A stretch of DNA of 64,000 nt. Origin: Hyaloraphidium curvatum SAG 235-1 (taxonomy: Eukaryota; Fungi; Monoblepharomycota). The stretch is from assembly GCA_025558095.1 (NCBI GenBank), contig JAIVFI010000031.1, positions 372,001 through 436,000 of the forward strand. The letters run 5' to 3'. Shown here one piece after another: positions 23,700-35,652 of the stretch (positions are counted from its first letter, which is position 1; every line of letters starts with the position of its first letter). Position numbers and translations under genes: made by a program. The notes below the pieces were generated by a model. It ran no database searches. It was not told the origin of the DNA and was given only the letters and a program-made list of their open reading frames with translations.

Positions 23700-26600
23700 A
23701 TGGACCGCGTAGATAAAGCGGTGGATAAGACTATTGATGGCGTGTTGCGAGTATTCGGACGGAAGAAGCTCGGCGGCAGCAGCGGGAAGCAGCAGCAGCT
23801 CACGCAGGCGCAGTACGATGCGCTCATGCAGCAGCTGTCGACGCCTGCACCGCCTCCGCCGCAGGGCGGGCGGCCAAGTTCGGCGCTGAGTGCGGGGGCG
23901 CCCTCGGTGTCGCAGGGCTCTGCCGCCCCGCCGCGGAACCTCGCCGCCTCGGACGCCGGCGTCGACTACGACGACGACGACTATGGCGCCTCGGCCTCGG
24001 AGAATGGGGACGCCGTACCATACCCACGGACGCACTCGCTGCAGGCTATGAGCTCGCAGCAGTCCGGCTCCGTGGCCGCCCCGCCGCAGCCCGCGGCCGC
24101 CGTGCCGATGCCCTCCTCCTCGTATCCCCCGGCGCCCGCCAGCGTGCGGTCTGCCGCCTCTTTGGCCCCTCCCCCTGCCCCCAAGCCGTACCAGCAGCCG
24201 GTACCGACCGTGACCGTGGTGCCGGCGAACGCTGCGGGCCAGCCGGCCGATCCAGCTCAGATGGCCGCCATGGAGGAGCGCGCTCGGCAGTTTGAGGAGC
24301 GTGCCGCCTACCTGCGCGAACACTACGGCATCGATTCGGTCGCGGACGACGAGGCCAGCTCGGTCATGTACCCGCCGTCAAAGTCGGGGGTGCCCGAGAT
24401 CGCCGTGGACCTCGGGCTCGGGACCCAGCCGCAGCAGGGGTCGTCCAACGTCAACCTGTCCCAGCAAACGCTGATGGCGAATTCCTATTCCAACCCTTAT
24501 CTGCCGGGGACCAACGGCGCCCCGCAAGCGGCGCAAACGAATCAGGGAGGACCGTCAAACCTGGCTGCCGCCCCGAACCCGTACGCGCAGCGGCAGTTCC
24601 AAGCGGCGTACACGCCGCCACCCGACCCGGACTCGCCGCCCGTGCCGGTGCCGCCTCAGGGCCAGCAGCTGCGACCTGGGCAGGACTATCGCGCGGCCTC
24701 GGAAACGGCGTCACAAGTGTCGACCAACGGCGGCAGGCCTCCGTTACCCCCGATGCCGCCCCAGCACTATCACAAGGACCTGCCTCCGAGCCCGCAGCCC
24801 AGCGAAAGCGTTTTGGCACCGGCACAGCAGCAGCTGAATCAACCTACGTACTCTTCGCAGGGGCAACTGCTTCCACCAACCGCGCAACAGGTGCCCGTTT
24901 CCCAACAAGGGCAAACGTATCAGGCCCCGGCCTATGCTGCGGCCCCACCGGCTGAGCCACAGCGGCAACGGCCAACGATGCAGTCCGCCGCCGGGGCGGT
25001 CATGGCCGCGCAGTACATGGCCAACAGCCGAGGGGCGCGCTCCGCGACGGCGAGCGAGAACGTTTCCATGCGCTCCGGCGCTCCGTCCAACGAGTACGAT
25101 GCCCCTGCGTCAGCCACGCCGTCTCAGCTCGCGCAACTGGAGCAGCTCACCCGCCTTCTTGAGGAGAAGGAGAAGCTGCTGCGAGAACAGCAGCAAAAGA
25201 TGGCCACGATGCAGCGTCAGGCCACCCAGGCCGTGCAGGCGGCGCAAATGGCACAGGCCGAGGCCGCTGCCGCAGCGCAGTCAGCCGCAGCTGCCGAGAA
25301 CGGCGCCCGGGCAGCGAGCGCCAACGCCCGTCCCGAGCGGCCCACTCCGCCTGCCATCATCACCCAGCAGCCGCGACCGCCGCCATTGACGACTGCTGGC
25401 TCCCAAGTTCCCGGTGCTACACCGGGCGATCAGTCGGACGGCAGCGGCGATCAGCTCCCTTTCATCTCCACGCACGTCAACGGAGAGGACATTCCGTACA
25501 AGCCGCTCCCAAACCCTACCGTGATCTCGCAATCTGCCGCTCGCCAGGAGCTTTCCAAGGCGAAGGCACTCGCCGCATCGCCCGGACCGCCTTCGAATCC
25601 CCCAGCCATCGACACGCAGAAGCATCCGCCGGATCTGTCCTTCCGTATCCGCGTTCCTGGTTGGTCGACCTATTGGCCCGGGAAGCGCCACAAGCTCGTG
25701 GACGGCGAGGCAGGCGGCTGGCGTTGGCGCGTCACCCTGTATCCCAAAGGCCGTCAAGGGTGCCGCCCGGGTTTCAACTGCTCGATTGAGGTGCACTGCG
25801 TTTCCTACGAGGGAGATTTCTCGGACCGGACGAACGGCGTGGAGGCGCGGTTTCAGTTCGTTGTCGATGGCCGGGCTTGCATCACGAAACAGGGGCCGAT
25901 GAAGGCGGGTTCGCGCTGGGGAATGGACACCGTAGTCGAGGCCTCCGATCCATGGGGCTGGGACGATGCTCGGAGCGTTCGAACGCAGCAGGATCCGCCG
26001 TCTGCGCCTCCGGAGGAGGAGGACACCGTGACGGGCGACGTGAGATTCTGGTACGGTCCGTTCAAGTTTCCGATACCGGATCCGCGGGACGAAGGCATAC
26101 GGCATCCTCTCACGGAGCTGCACCGATTCTTCCCCAGTCCCGGGGGGAATCTCGCGGACTTGACTCTTCGGGTTGGCGAGAAGAACTACTACGTGCACAG
26201 GATGGTGCTCGGGCTTTGTTCGGTGGGTGTCCGAGCTCGGCCGCGCGGTTGCCTTCAGGAGCTGACACGCGTCAATGCAGGATTTCTTCAAAAATCTCTT
26301 GGACTTCGGACCTTCGGAACCTTTGGTGGATCAGACCATTCTCTTCCGGTCCCTGCGGCCCGAGATCATGGAGATCATCCTGGACTACATCTACAACACG
26401 GAATATGCTCTTCCCTCGGGCATGCCGTGGCGCACCCTCGCCGAGCTGTTTGCTGCCTGCGAGACCTACCAGATCCCGCACCTGCAGCAGATGGTGATAC
26501 GGCGGCTCCATCCCCTGTTTGATTCCAACAACATCGTCCCGCTTTACCTTCTTGCGCGCAAGACGGAGAATCGGCGGCTGCAGCGCATGATCACGGACTA

Positions 26601-27003
26601 CGTGACGCACAACTACGCCAAGCTCAAGGAGCACAAGTCGCAGCTCGTCGCGACGATGCTCCGTTTGCCGGAGCAGGATGCGACGCAGGTTCGCAAGCTC
26701 CTCGATGCGCTTCTGGAAGCGGCCGAGAAGTACCAGAACTCGACCGCGGCGGACCGCACGGCGCAATCGAGCTCCCAGCAGGCCTCCGCGCCGCCTGCGG
26801 CGCAACAGGGGCCGACGCCGCAACCGCAGCGTCCGCGGGCGATTGCGCAGCCCTCTAGCGCACGGACAGCCGGCGAAAGAATTGGATGGAGCTCGGGAAC
26901 TGTATACTCGGCGGACGGGCCCCGACCGGGGCTGAGGAACGCGGATGCCCTAGCGGCCAACCGGTTGGCGGCGGCACGGTGGCTTGGGAACGGCTTCTCT
27001 TGA
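23700..27003 (+). CDS. MATH-like + BTB/POZ domain protein with long Gln/Pro/Ala-rich N-terminus
   Basis: GGWRWRVTLYPKG and SRWG (MATH-like); LADLTLRVGEKNYYVHRMVL..S.FF..LL, IMEIILDYIY, AACETYQIPHL (BTB); one intron near 26223-26280. Confidence 0.8.
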
Positions 27004-27083
27004 TGGTTTGATGCTATTTCGAATGATGCTGTGATTGAATACTGTTGTGACCAATACAACCTAATGCTGATGCCGAAGACCAA

Positions 27084-27905
27084 CTAACTGGCATGGATTC
27101 TAGCAGAGTCCTCGATGATCCGGTCGGCCGTCTCGGCGCCGTACACGGGCAGCGGCAGGTTGGCCGGCAGGAGGCCCAATTGCTTCAGGACCGCTCCCTG
27201 ATCCCACCTTCAGGAGGATGTGTGAGCGACGGCTAACGGATCTTACGCCAATCCCAACGTACCAGATGTGCTCGTGGTGGATCAACCGGTTCTTGAACCT
27301 CACAACTGCGATCAAAGGAAATCGGATCTTCTTCCCCGTTGGCTCAAGACCGGGCAGGAGCCAGTCCATTTTCGTGGTGTGCGTCAGCTCGATGACCATC
27401 TCGTCGACGACGCCTATCGAGACAACGTCAGGCGAGGGTTCGAAATGGGCGAAGCTACCCACTTTGGTCCTCCACGGAAATGATCCGGCCAAGCGGCTTC
27501 AGAGTGAAGTCCGCGGGCACGCTCGGGATAAATGAGGTCCCGTAAAAGTTGGAGAGGTGCTCGGCGCCGTAACCGCCCTGAAGCGTCGGGATATGGTTCA
27601 CGTAGCAGTCCTGGACCATGGTTTTCATCGTTGCTACGACATCTGGTCGAGGTGAAGAGTCAACCACTGCTTGAGCTCACAAGCTGAAGAGCCGTTACCT
27701 CGCGTAGCAAACTGCAGTCATCGCGCCGTAGAAAGGCGTTATTAGGAAGGAGAGAGGTCGTCGCGTCGAGAACGGCGTAAGGACAAAGTCCGAGGGAGGC
27801 AGATGGGAATCTTGCCTCGTAGCTCGTGTGCTCATCCCAAAGAGCGCTCAACTCTTCGCGAGTCAGGAGGTTTCCCTCCTTGGCATTGGTGTCGCCGCTT
27901 GGCAT
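27084..27905 (-). CDS. SnoaL-like ester cyclase (carboxymethylenebutenolidase C-terminal type), multi-exon
   Basis: LWDEHTSYE, YVNHIPTLQGGYG, VVDEMVIELTHT..MDWLLPG..PTGK, HEHIWWDQGAVLKQLGLL. Confidence 0.85.
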
Positions 27906-28008
27906 CGTGGGCGGTGGGGAGTGGCGGCCGTCCCCGCGATCGGGGCGATACGCGATCGACTCCTGTAGCTAACGGCCGCATAGAAAGCAGTCTATTGCCA
28001 TGCGTGCT

Positions 28009-28986
28009 CTACTGTTCCGGATGAATGCTAGAGATGGATGGCCGGCGTCCAGCGGTACGCGCTGAGGGAGGCCTTGTTAGGATCCACTGGCTGCCGATGA
28101 ATAGCACGGCTCCGACGAGGTTCCCTGGTATCACGAGAGCGAGGTTGTACAGAAGGTCCACAAAGGGGATCGCATCTGCCGTCCCTGACGACAGAAAGAC
28201 CCCCAGGGGAATCGTGAAGCAGTTTGCGACCGAATGTTCGAATCCGAGGGCGACGAACGTCGAAATCGGAATCCAGATTGCGGCCACTTTGCCCCCGGTG
28301 GTCCGCGACGTATACGACATGTAGACGGCGAGGCAAACTAGCCAGTTGGCGCCGATCCCACGCACGAATGCCGTCCCCGCGGGCAGAGTCCCCTTCTTGT
28401 GCGCCACCTTGATCGCCCATGCGACCGATTCGGGCGACAGACCGCCAAGGTATGCGGCGCATGCGGCAATCATCACGCTGCCGGCCAGATTGGCGAACAG
28501 GCTGACGGAAAGCAGCCTCCCCAGGGAGAGCCAGGCAGAAGCTCCGCGCTTCCCAAACACCTCACGGGGAGCCAGCTCCAGGAACGGGACCGTCGTGTAC
28601 ATCATGTTAGATGTCAGGAGGTCAACTCCGGTCAGAACGATCATGACCAGGCCGACGGGAAAGACGAGGCCGGCGAGCAGGGAGACGAGTCCGGGTGGCA
28701 GGACAAGAGAGGAACCACCGGCCACCACGACCATGAGGAAGCCGCCGAAAGATAGCAGGCAGCCACCCATGAACCCGGCAAGAATCAGCTCCACCCAAGT
28801 CCTCTCGCACTTGGCGTGCGATGCATGTACGAGGAAGTCCGTCACCTCGTTTGGCTTCAGGAAAGAACTGACGTTGACCGGAGCCGGGTGCGCCAGAGGC
28901 TCCGGCACCACGATAGCAACGTCTTCAACCTTTCGGGCCCATGTTGCGGGCGCGCAGGGCCCGTCGTCTTTCGGTTTTGATTCCAT
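28009..28986 (-). CDS. Formate/nitrite transporter (FNT) family channel
   Basis: FPVGLVMIVLTGVDLLTSN, ANLAGS, RGIGANWLVCLA, FVALGFEHSVAN, GNLVGA; intronless. Confidence 0.93.
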   Translation of the reverse strand: MESKPKDDGPCAPATWARKVEDVAIVVPEPLAHPAPVNVSSFLKPNEVTDFLVHASHAKCERTWVELILAGFMGGCLLSFGGFLMVVVAGGSSLVLPPGLVSLLAGLVFPVGLVMIVLTGVDLLTSNMMYTTVPFLELAPREVFGKRGASAWLSLGRLLSVSLFANLAGSVMIAACAAYLGGLSPESVAWAIKVAHKKGTLPAGTAFVRGIGANWLVCLAVYMSYTSRTTGGKVAAIWIPISTFVALGFEHSVANCFTIPLGVFLSSGTADAIPFVDLLYNLALVIPGNLVGAVLFIGSQWILTRPPSARTAGRRPSISSIHPEQ

Positions 28987-29943
28987 CGCTGAGGAAATGA
29001 GGAGCGGCGGCGGCGTCGTCGGCGGCCCTCTCTCTGATTCTCGGCGCGGGCCCCGGGAGGAGTCTCGGCCGTGAATGAAGGCAAAGAGGAGTGCTTTTTT
29101 CAGCGTCCTAAGCTCAAGGAACTGCTGGGGAACTCGTGACGATTGTTAGTCATTGAGCTCGGCGTCCCTACGACCGGGTGTTCGCGGGCCGCCCCGCCGC
29201 CGTGGTCAGCCGCTCCCGCATCCCGATCAATCGCACGGGATCGGAAGATACGTCGCAGATTACGGAACACCGTGTGGCTTTATGCATTGCAGAGTCACTT
29301 CAGAACATCTACAAGTCATTGGCACTGCAATGCCAGTGGTGCAGTCGTGTTTGGATACCGGAGACCCTTCCACCCGCAACCACACCCTCGGGAGGTGTGT
29401 GGCGCGCGCGTATGGGCCCTGACTCGGCTGCTGTGTGCACCATAGTAATGTACTGCACTCTTGGACGCGCTTTCGCTGCTTTTGGAGGGTTGCGCGTGCA
29501 GGGCTTTTCGGGCTTCTCTCAACCTACCCGACCCGGCTGCCGTTCACCTCACGCCTGAGGTGTGCAAGCACCGCATAGGCCATCCTTTATCGTGTCCCGA
29601 GCAAAAACCAAAGACCATGCACTGTCCCGTGGGCTTGATCCGAGGTCCACCACCCGTCCCCCGATTTGAAATCGGTGTTCGTGGTCCATGGCTTGCCATT
29701 CGAGGTCCAGAACGACGCAGACTGCTTTCGAGGGAACTCGTACCTGGATTGGCTGAACGGATTCGCAGATGCGCTTGCGCTTGAAGCTGATGAAACCGGT
29801 GGTGTTGCTGCGGGACGGCGTTTTGAGCTTATGCCGCGCGCGCCGCGCGGAATAGCTGTTCAGCTGCTGTTCACTGTTCATCTGTCCCTCTCCCCTTCAC
29901 CCACTACGCAGCAGTAAGCGCAGGTGCCGGTGCTGCCGCCGAG

Positions 29944-32106
29944 ATGGACGTCGACGACCCCAAGAAGAAGCGCGCGACGCGGTGCGTGTTTCCGGGGCCC
30001 CGGGCGCGCCGAGCTGCCTGACAAGCCCGTCTCCCGCAGGTCGTGCGATGCCTGCTCGCACCGCAAGGTCCGCTGCGATGCCGCGTCGCCGCGTTGCGAG
30101 CGCTGCGAGCGGCTGGACCTCTCGTGCGACTACACGCGGCCGGAGCGCAAGCGGGGCCCGCCGCGCGGCACAACCTCCAAGGTGCACGCCAGGCTGAAGG
30201 TGCGCCGCGCCCGCCGCCCGCCGCGGCCGGCCAGTCCTGACGCACCACCCTCAACTGCAGGCCCTGGAGTCGCTGGTCTCCAACACCCTCGGCCTGGACC
30301 CGAAGGACATCGACAGGGAGCTCGGCCTGCCGCCGAACCGCACGGCGAGCGGCGGCATGGCGTCCGCCGGCGCCCGTCGCAACTCGCGCCGCGACTCGCC
30401 GCCGCACTCCAACTCGTCGCACGACTCGCCCGAGCTCGCACCCATGGGCGCGTTCCCCGGTGCACGTCCGCTCACGCCCGAGACCGACGACTCGTACGGC
30501 GGTCCCGGAATGCAGCATGCGTCCGCCGAGGGCATCGCGGTGCCCAACATCTTCGAGATGCTGTTCTCCGGCGCGAACGAGGACTTTGGCGAGCAATCGA
30601 CGAGCCCCAGCGGCTCTTCCTCCGGAAGCCGTGCGGACTACCTGGGCGAGCAGGTGGAACCTTTCGCGGTTCTGGATCGCCACGCTGCGCCGATGCCGAG
30701 CTTTTCGCTGCCGGACCCGTTCGTGGAGATGTTTGTCTCGAACCGCAACCTCCAGGTCCCCATCCTGCCCGAGCTCATCGGCATCTACTTCAACAAGTGC
30801 GCGCCGTTCCTCCCCATCATCCATCGGCCGAGCTTCGAGCAGAACCCGGCCAGCTACCCGCCCCTGCTCGTCTACTCCATGTACTCGATGGCCGCCGCGC
30901 ACGCTGCGTTGGATCCGAGCTACCGCGGCACGCCCGCTGCCGACTACTGGGAAATGGCGCGGCAGCACCACGACACGCTTGCCAAGCCCGACGTGCGGCT
31001 TCTTCAGGGGATCGTGCTGCTGATTGCATCCGGGAGCGGCTTGAAGAAGCTAAATTCGCAACAAAGCGACGCGCTCATCGGCGCCGCGGTCTCGATGGTC
31101 AGGCAGATGCGTCTCGACATTCCCGACGGCACGCTGCGCGCGCAGAAATGGAAATCGTTCCGGTCGCCGGTCGAGCAGGAGGAAGCCAAGCGCACGCTCG
31201 CGCAGGTCTGGGTTTACGACATCTACCTGAAGTGCCTGCTCGATCGCACTGCATCCTTCGACCAAGAGATCGAGACCGGGCTCCAGGTCAACGCCCCGGC
31301 CCTCATCGAACGAGAACCGGACTGGGTTGGGGGCTGGGATCGGTCGCAGGGCCCGGACCTCGTGGCGAACGTGCAGCTTTTCCTCGCTGCGAGGGATGCC
31401 ATCGCGATCAACACAGCGACCAACGCGGGTGCCGACTGCGATACCGTGGCACTCTTCCGCGCCAGCGGCGTCACCGCCGACTCGCTGCGTGATCCCTGCC
31501 AGCAATCCCTGCTCCTCCACCGGCACTTTGCATTCGCCCACTCGTACGTCTGCTACCCCGACACGCCGGACCGGGAAGCGAAGGCCCTGCGGGACAGCGA
31601 GGCCGTCAAGCGCGTCATGGCGGTCGCCCGTGCGAGCGGGCAGTCCGCGCGGTGGTACATCTGCGGCCGGGTGCTCTACCACTGCACGCTCTCGATGCTG
31701 CTCGTGCGGCACGGCGGGCACGACTTCTCCGATCTGATCCTCGACCTGGAAGCGGCGCTCATGGCCGTCGGCGAGGGTCAGTACCTCGAGATGGGTTCTC
31801 CGTTTGCGGCATGGTGAGTTGCTTCTGCTCCCCCAAGACCTTGGCTCGTTCTTACATGCGATTTCCCGCAACAGGGCCGTCTTCCACATGGGAGCGAAGC
31901 TGCCCGTCGGCCACGTCGCAAGGAACACCATCACAAAAGCGCTCAATGCGTACGGCAAGGCCTGGAAGCTCGGCAGCGACCTCGCCGCCGTCCTTGCCGC
32001 TGGCGTCTTGCGACACGTTCGGAGCGAGCAGGATGAGCTCAAGCCGACGCAGTCCTACGCGGTTGAGGTCGAAGGATTCGCGAGAGAGTGCGTCGCCACC
32101 TCTTGA
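29944..32106 (+). CDS. Zn(II)2Cys6 transcription factor with fungal-specific middle homology region
   Basis: SCDACSHRKVRCDAASPRCERCERLDLSCDY followed by RKRGPP; YFNKCAPFLPIIHRPSF. Confidence 0.92.
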
Positions 32107-32221
32107 ACGGCGTCTTAAAGGACGATTGCGTGCGTTGCAACATTGGATTTAGAGTTGTTCTCTTCTGCAAATACATCATGGGTATCCGCTGTTTCTCCGA
32201 CCTTCTCGGTGTGCCCTCGCA

Positions 32222-33217
32222 TCATGCAGTCGTTATCTTCTTGATTTGCTCGTAGAAGACTAAGCACGGATTAGCTCTCGCCCATACCGCACATGCGCAC
32301 ATGACCCACCAAAGATGAGCACGAGATGCGGTCCCATGCGAATGTACGCAGACAGCCACCCCTTAAAGAAGGCGGACGGCCCCTCTGTCCTCAAAATGCG
32401 ACCGAAAGCCGAAACAACCCCGCCGTATTCTCCAGGGGTCTTCGAAGCCATGACTCTGCTCTTTATCACGTCCACTGGATTTGCGGCGGTGGTCGCAACG
32501 AGGCCGGCAACCAGACTCGAGGCAATGTGCGTCGAAACGTCCCCGTCGCGCAGCCCGACCGAGCCGACGAAAAGCTGCTTCGCGTAGTCGTACGAGACCA
32601 GCTGCGACACCGTGACGATTGCAGAGCGGGCAACGTGGGCGCTCAGTCCGCGAAAGAGTCCGCCGAAACCCTCGTCCTTTGCGATCCGGTAGACGGCGTC
32701 GAGCGCGTTCTTGTAGTTTCGCCGCAGCTCCGGAGGCAGCTTCCCGTCGTTCTGCATCCTGACGTTTGCAAGATCCGCCGGGTTCCCGACGACCCCTCCG
32801 GCCGAGCCGGCGAGCGCGGCGGCGATGGTGGAAGTTACGGGGTTCAGGCGGTCCCGGCCTTTCAGCTCCTTCTTCAGCCAATCGTAGACGGCAAATCGCG
32901 TCGTGCCGTATGTGAGCTGCCGCAGCACGCTCGCCGAAAGGCCGGCGTAGAGTCCGAGGATCCCGTCCTGTCTCACGATGCTCCGAACAACGCTCCCGTA
33001 CGACGACCCTGCGCCGACAGACGTCTGGGCTCGCACTTTGAGGAGATCGAATGGGTGTGACACGCTAGACAATCACAGGAGCATGGGATCGGGAGGGTGA
33101 ACGGTGGGTCGCATGAGAAACGATTCGAGCTGAAGCAAACGAGCAGTTTCACCAAGTTGCCAGGACGCTTGCCATTCCGCCTGCCCACCACGGTGGCTCT
33201 TTCTGTGTTGCTGCCAT
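32222..33217 (-). CDS. DIC1: Mitochondrial dicarboxylate carrier
   Basis: PWWAGGMAS, HPFDLLKVR, GLSASVLRQLTYGTTRF, NPADLANVRMQND..LPPELRRNYKNA, NPVDVIKSR; last exon VFYEQIKKITTA*. Confidence 0.9.
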
Positions 33218-33400
33218 CGTGGACGAGAACTTCCGGAGGCAAGCTTTGTTGACTTTGTGCGCGAATCCGAATCCGATGATCGCACCATTCAGACGCGTCC
33301 CGCCCCGGCTGTCGCCGGACAACCTACCCGCTCCGCTGCGAGAGACGTGCCACTTGAGGGACGGCTCTATATCCGACGTTTTGCGGGCTCCGGGACCGCG

Positions 33401-34850
33401 ATGCAACGCGTTCTGCTGACGGGAGCTTCGAAGCGGGCCGGCGTCTCCCATGCGCCACAGGCACGATTCTTCGCGACGGCGCATGCCCCGCTGCCTGGAT
33501 CCCCGGTTTCGGCATCCGAAGCCGTCCAGTTGATCAAAAGCCATGACCGGGTCTACGTGCATTCTTTCTCCGGCACCCCGTTCAATCTCTTGAAAGCTCT
33601 AAGCGAGCGCGAGGACGTCCGTGGGGTTGAGCTCATTCACTACGGTCTCCAAGGAGAGTCTCCATGTGCGACGGTTGACCAGGACTGGTTGAAGGCCGGA
33701 CGAGCACCTCGTTTCAAGATCAATAATCTGTTCGTTGGGCCTTCGTTGCGGAAAGCTGTGGAGGAAGGGCGATCGACATACACGCCAGTGATGGTCTCCG
33801 AGGCGCCGTTGGCGATTCGCAACGGACCTCTTACTCCTGACGTTGCTCTCCTCACCGTTTCGCCACCGGATGCGGACGGGAACTGCTCGGTCGGTCTGGA
33901 GGCCACGGCGGGCTTCGCAGCAGCCGAAATGGCGAAAGTCATCCTCGCCGAGGTCAACCCGCACGTGCCGAACATTCCTGGGGCCGTGATACCTTTCGCG
34001 CGGATCAGCCGATACATTTACAACGACAAGCCACTGCAAGAATTGAAGGCCAAGCCCCCGTCTGAGCTCGAGAAGCAGATTGGCCGCCACGTCGCCGCCC
34101 TCGTCCCCGACGGGGCGACCCTTCAGGTTGGCATCGGCGGCGTTCCGGATGCAGTGTGCCAATCGCTGCTGGAGAACCACAAGGGGCTCGGTCTGCACAC
34201 GGAGATGATTGGGGACGGGCCAGTCGAGCTTATCAAGGCTGGCGTGATCACGAACGTAAACAAGAAGATACACCGCGGCAAGAGCTTGTTCACGTTCGTT
34301 TACGGATCGGGCAAGCTCTACGACTTCCTGCGAGAAAACACTAAGGATGTCCTGAGCATGGATGCCGCTTTCGTGAACGACCCCTGCGTCATACGGCAGA
34401 ACGACAAGGCCACGGCGATCAACGCGGCGATCGAGATCGACCTCACCGGGCAGGTCGCTGCCGATTCCGTGGGCACCAGGCAGATATCTGGCATCGGGGG
34501 ACAGCTCGACTTCATCCACGGGTGCGCGCATTCGGCGGGCGGGGTGCCGATCGTTTGCCTTCCCTCTACATCCGCGCACGGGACGTCGAGGATCGTGCCC
34601 ACTTTGAAGCCCGGTACCGGCGTTGTGACTTCGCGCTACCATGTACGTTGGGTCGTCACCGAGCACGGCGCGGTGAATCTCTTTGGTGAGTTCTACCGCC
34701 TTCTTAAGGGAGCGGACAGGACCCTGACGACCCCGCCCAGGGCTGAACTACGTGCAAAGAGCGCAGGCATTGATTTCGATAGCGGCTCCGGAACATCGTG
34801 GGCAGCTGGAACTTGCGGCGTTCGAAAGGTACCGGCTTAAGGCATGGTAA
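33401..34850 (+). CDS. Mitochondrial acetyl-CoA hydrolase/CoA-transferase (4-hydroxybutyrate CoA-transferase / ASCT family-1B-like)
   Basis: Arg-rich presequence; DGATLQVGIGGVPDAV, catalytic HTEMI, IDLTGQV, SGIGGQLDF, VVTEHG; last exon QRAQALISIAAPEHR after intron 34686-34740. Confidence 0.9.
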
Positions 34851-34956
34851 TGTGTGACGCATAGATGAAACCAGGAAGATGATACAGGCGGCAGACCAGT
34901 CGGCTCCTTTCTCTAGCCTCCACGACCTCCCCGTCCTATTCTGCACTTTGGATGCT

Positions 34957-35553
34957 TCATTGATTCAGCACGTCCTTGAGGTCGCCTGTCAGATCCTCCT
35001 CGATCCAACTGAATGATTGAGAGGTAAAGTGGCAGCCATCTAAAGTACCGCTACGCATACCGCTTCACCGCGCCGCCGCAAGTGTTCTTGACCCTCACGC
35101 CCTGCTCCTGAGCGCTGCGGAGCAGCAGCTCCATCATCTTGCCTTCATAACCCTCGTTGGCGTGTTCCAGAGGGACCTCGCAGTGCACCACGGTCCAGAG
35201 CCCATGAGGATGATCGCGATACTCAAGCAGCGCAACGCCTCGAAACGAAAAGGTCTGAATGTAAAGCTCCTCCTACCCCGAGCCAGATGTCTCCCACCAA
35301 ACGGCTCTGCAGACGCGGGAGCGAACCTGAGCTCCACCCGATTCTTTTCCGGCAGCCATCGAGGCTCTGGGGTTTCTCCTGTTTCAACGCTGGGCCGGCG
35401 GATGTGGTACGGATGCGCTGGCAAAGGCACAGGTGACTCAGCGTGCTTCAACGCCCCTTGGCTACGTTCCTCCGTACCGCGCGGGCCGCCGTCCGAGACC
35501 ACGGTCGATGTAAAGGATGTAGGCGAGACGGGTGACTTGGGTTGGTGCTCCAT
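34957..35553 (-). CDS. NATD1/YjdJ-like GNAT fold protein (3 exons; core not in ORF track)
   Basis: Manual translation VALLEYRDHPHGLWTVVHCEVPLEHANEGYEGKMMELLLRSAQEQGVRVKNTC..VKRWIEE. Confidence 0.65.
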
Positions 35554-35652
35554 CTCGCGTTCTTTGCTTGGAGAGTGGGAGTCCACGCGCAACTGCAGTT
35601 GACGACTCCGCCAGCGGGCGGGCGACGCTTCTTCGATCGGCGACAAACAACA

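Noticed and set aside
29040-29940. Short ORFs in the long FNT-TF intergenic region
   Set aside because: No recognisable motif or coherent splice model; treated as a divergent promoter region, though a small gene cannot be excluded.
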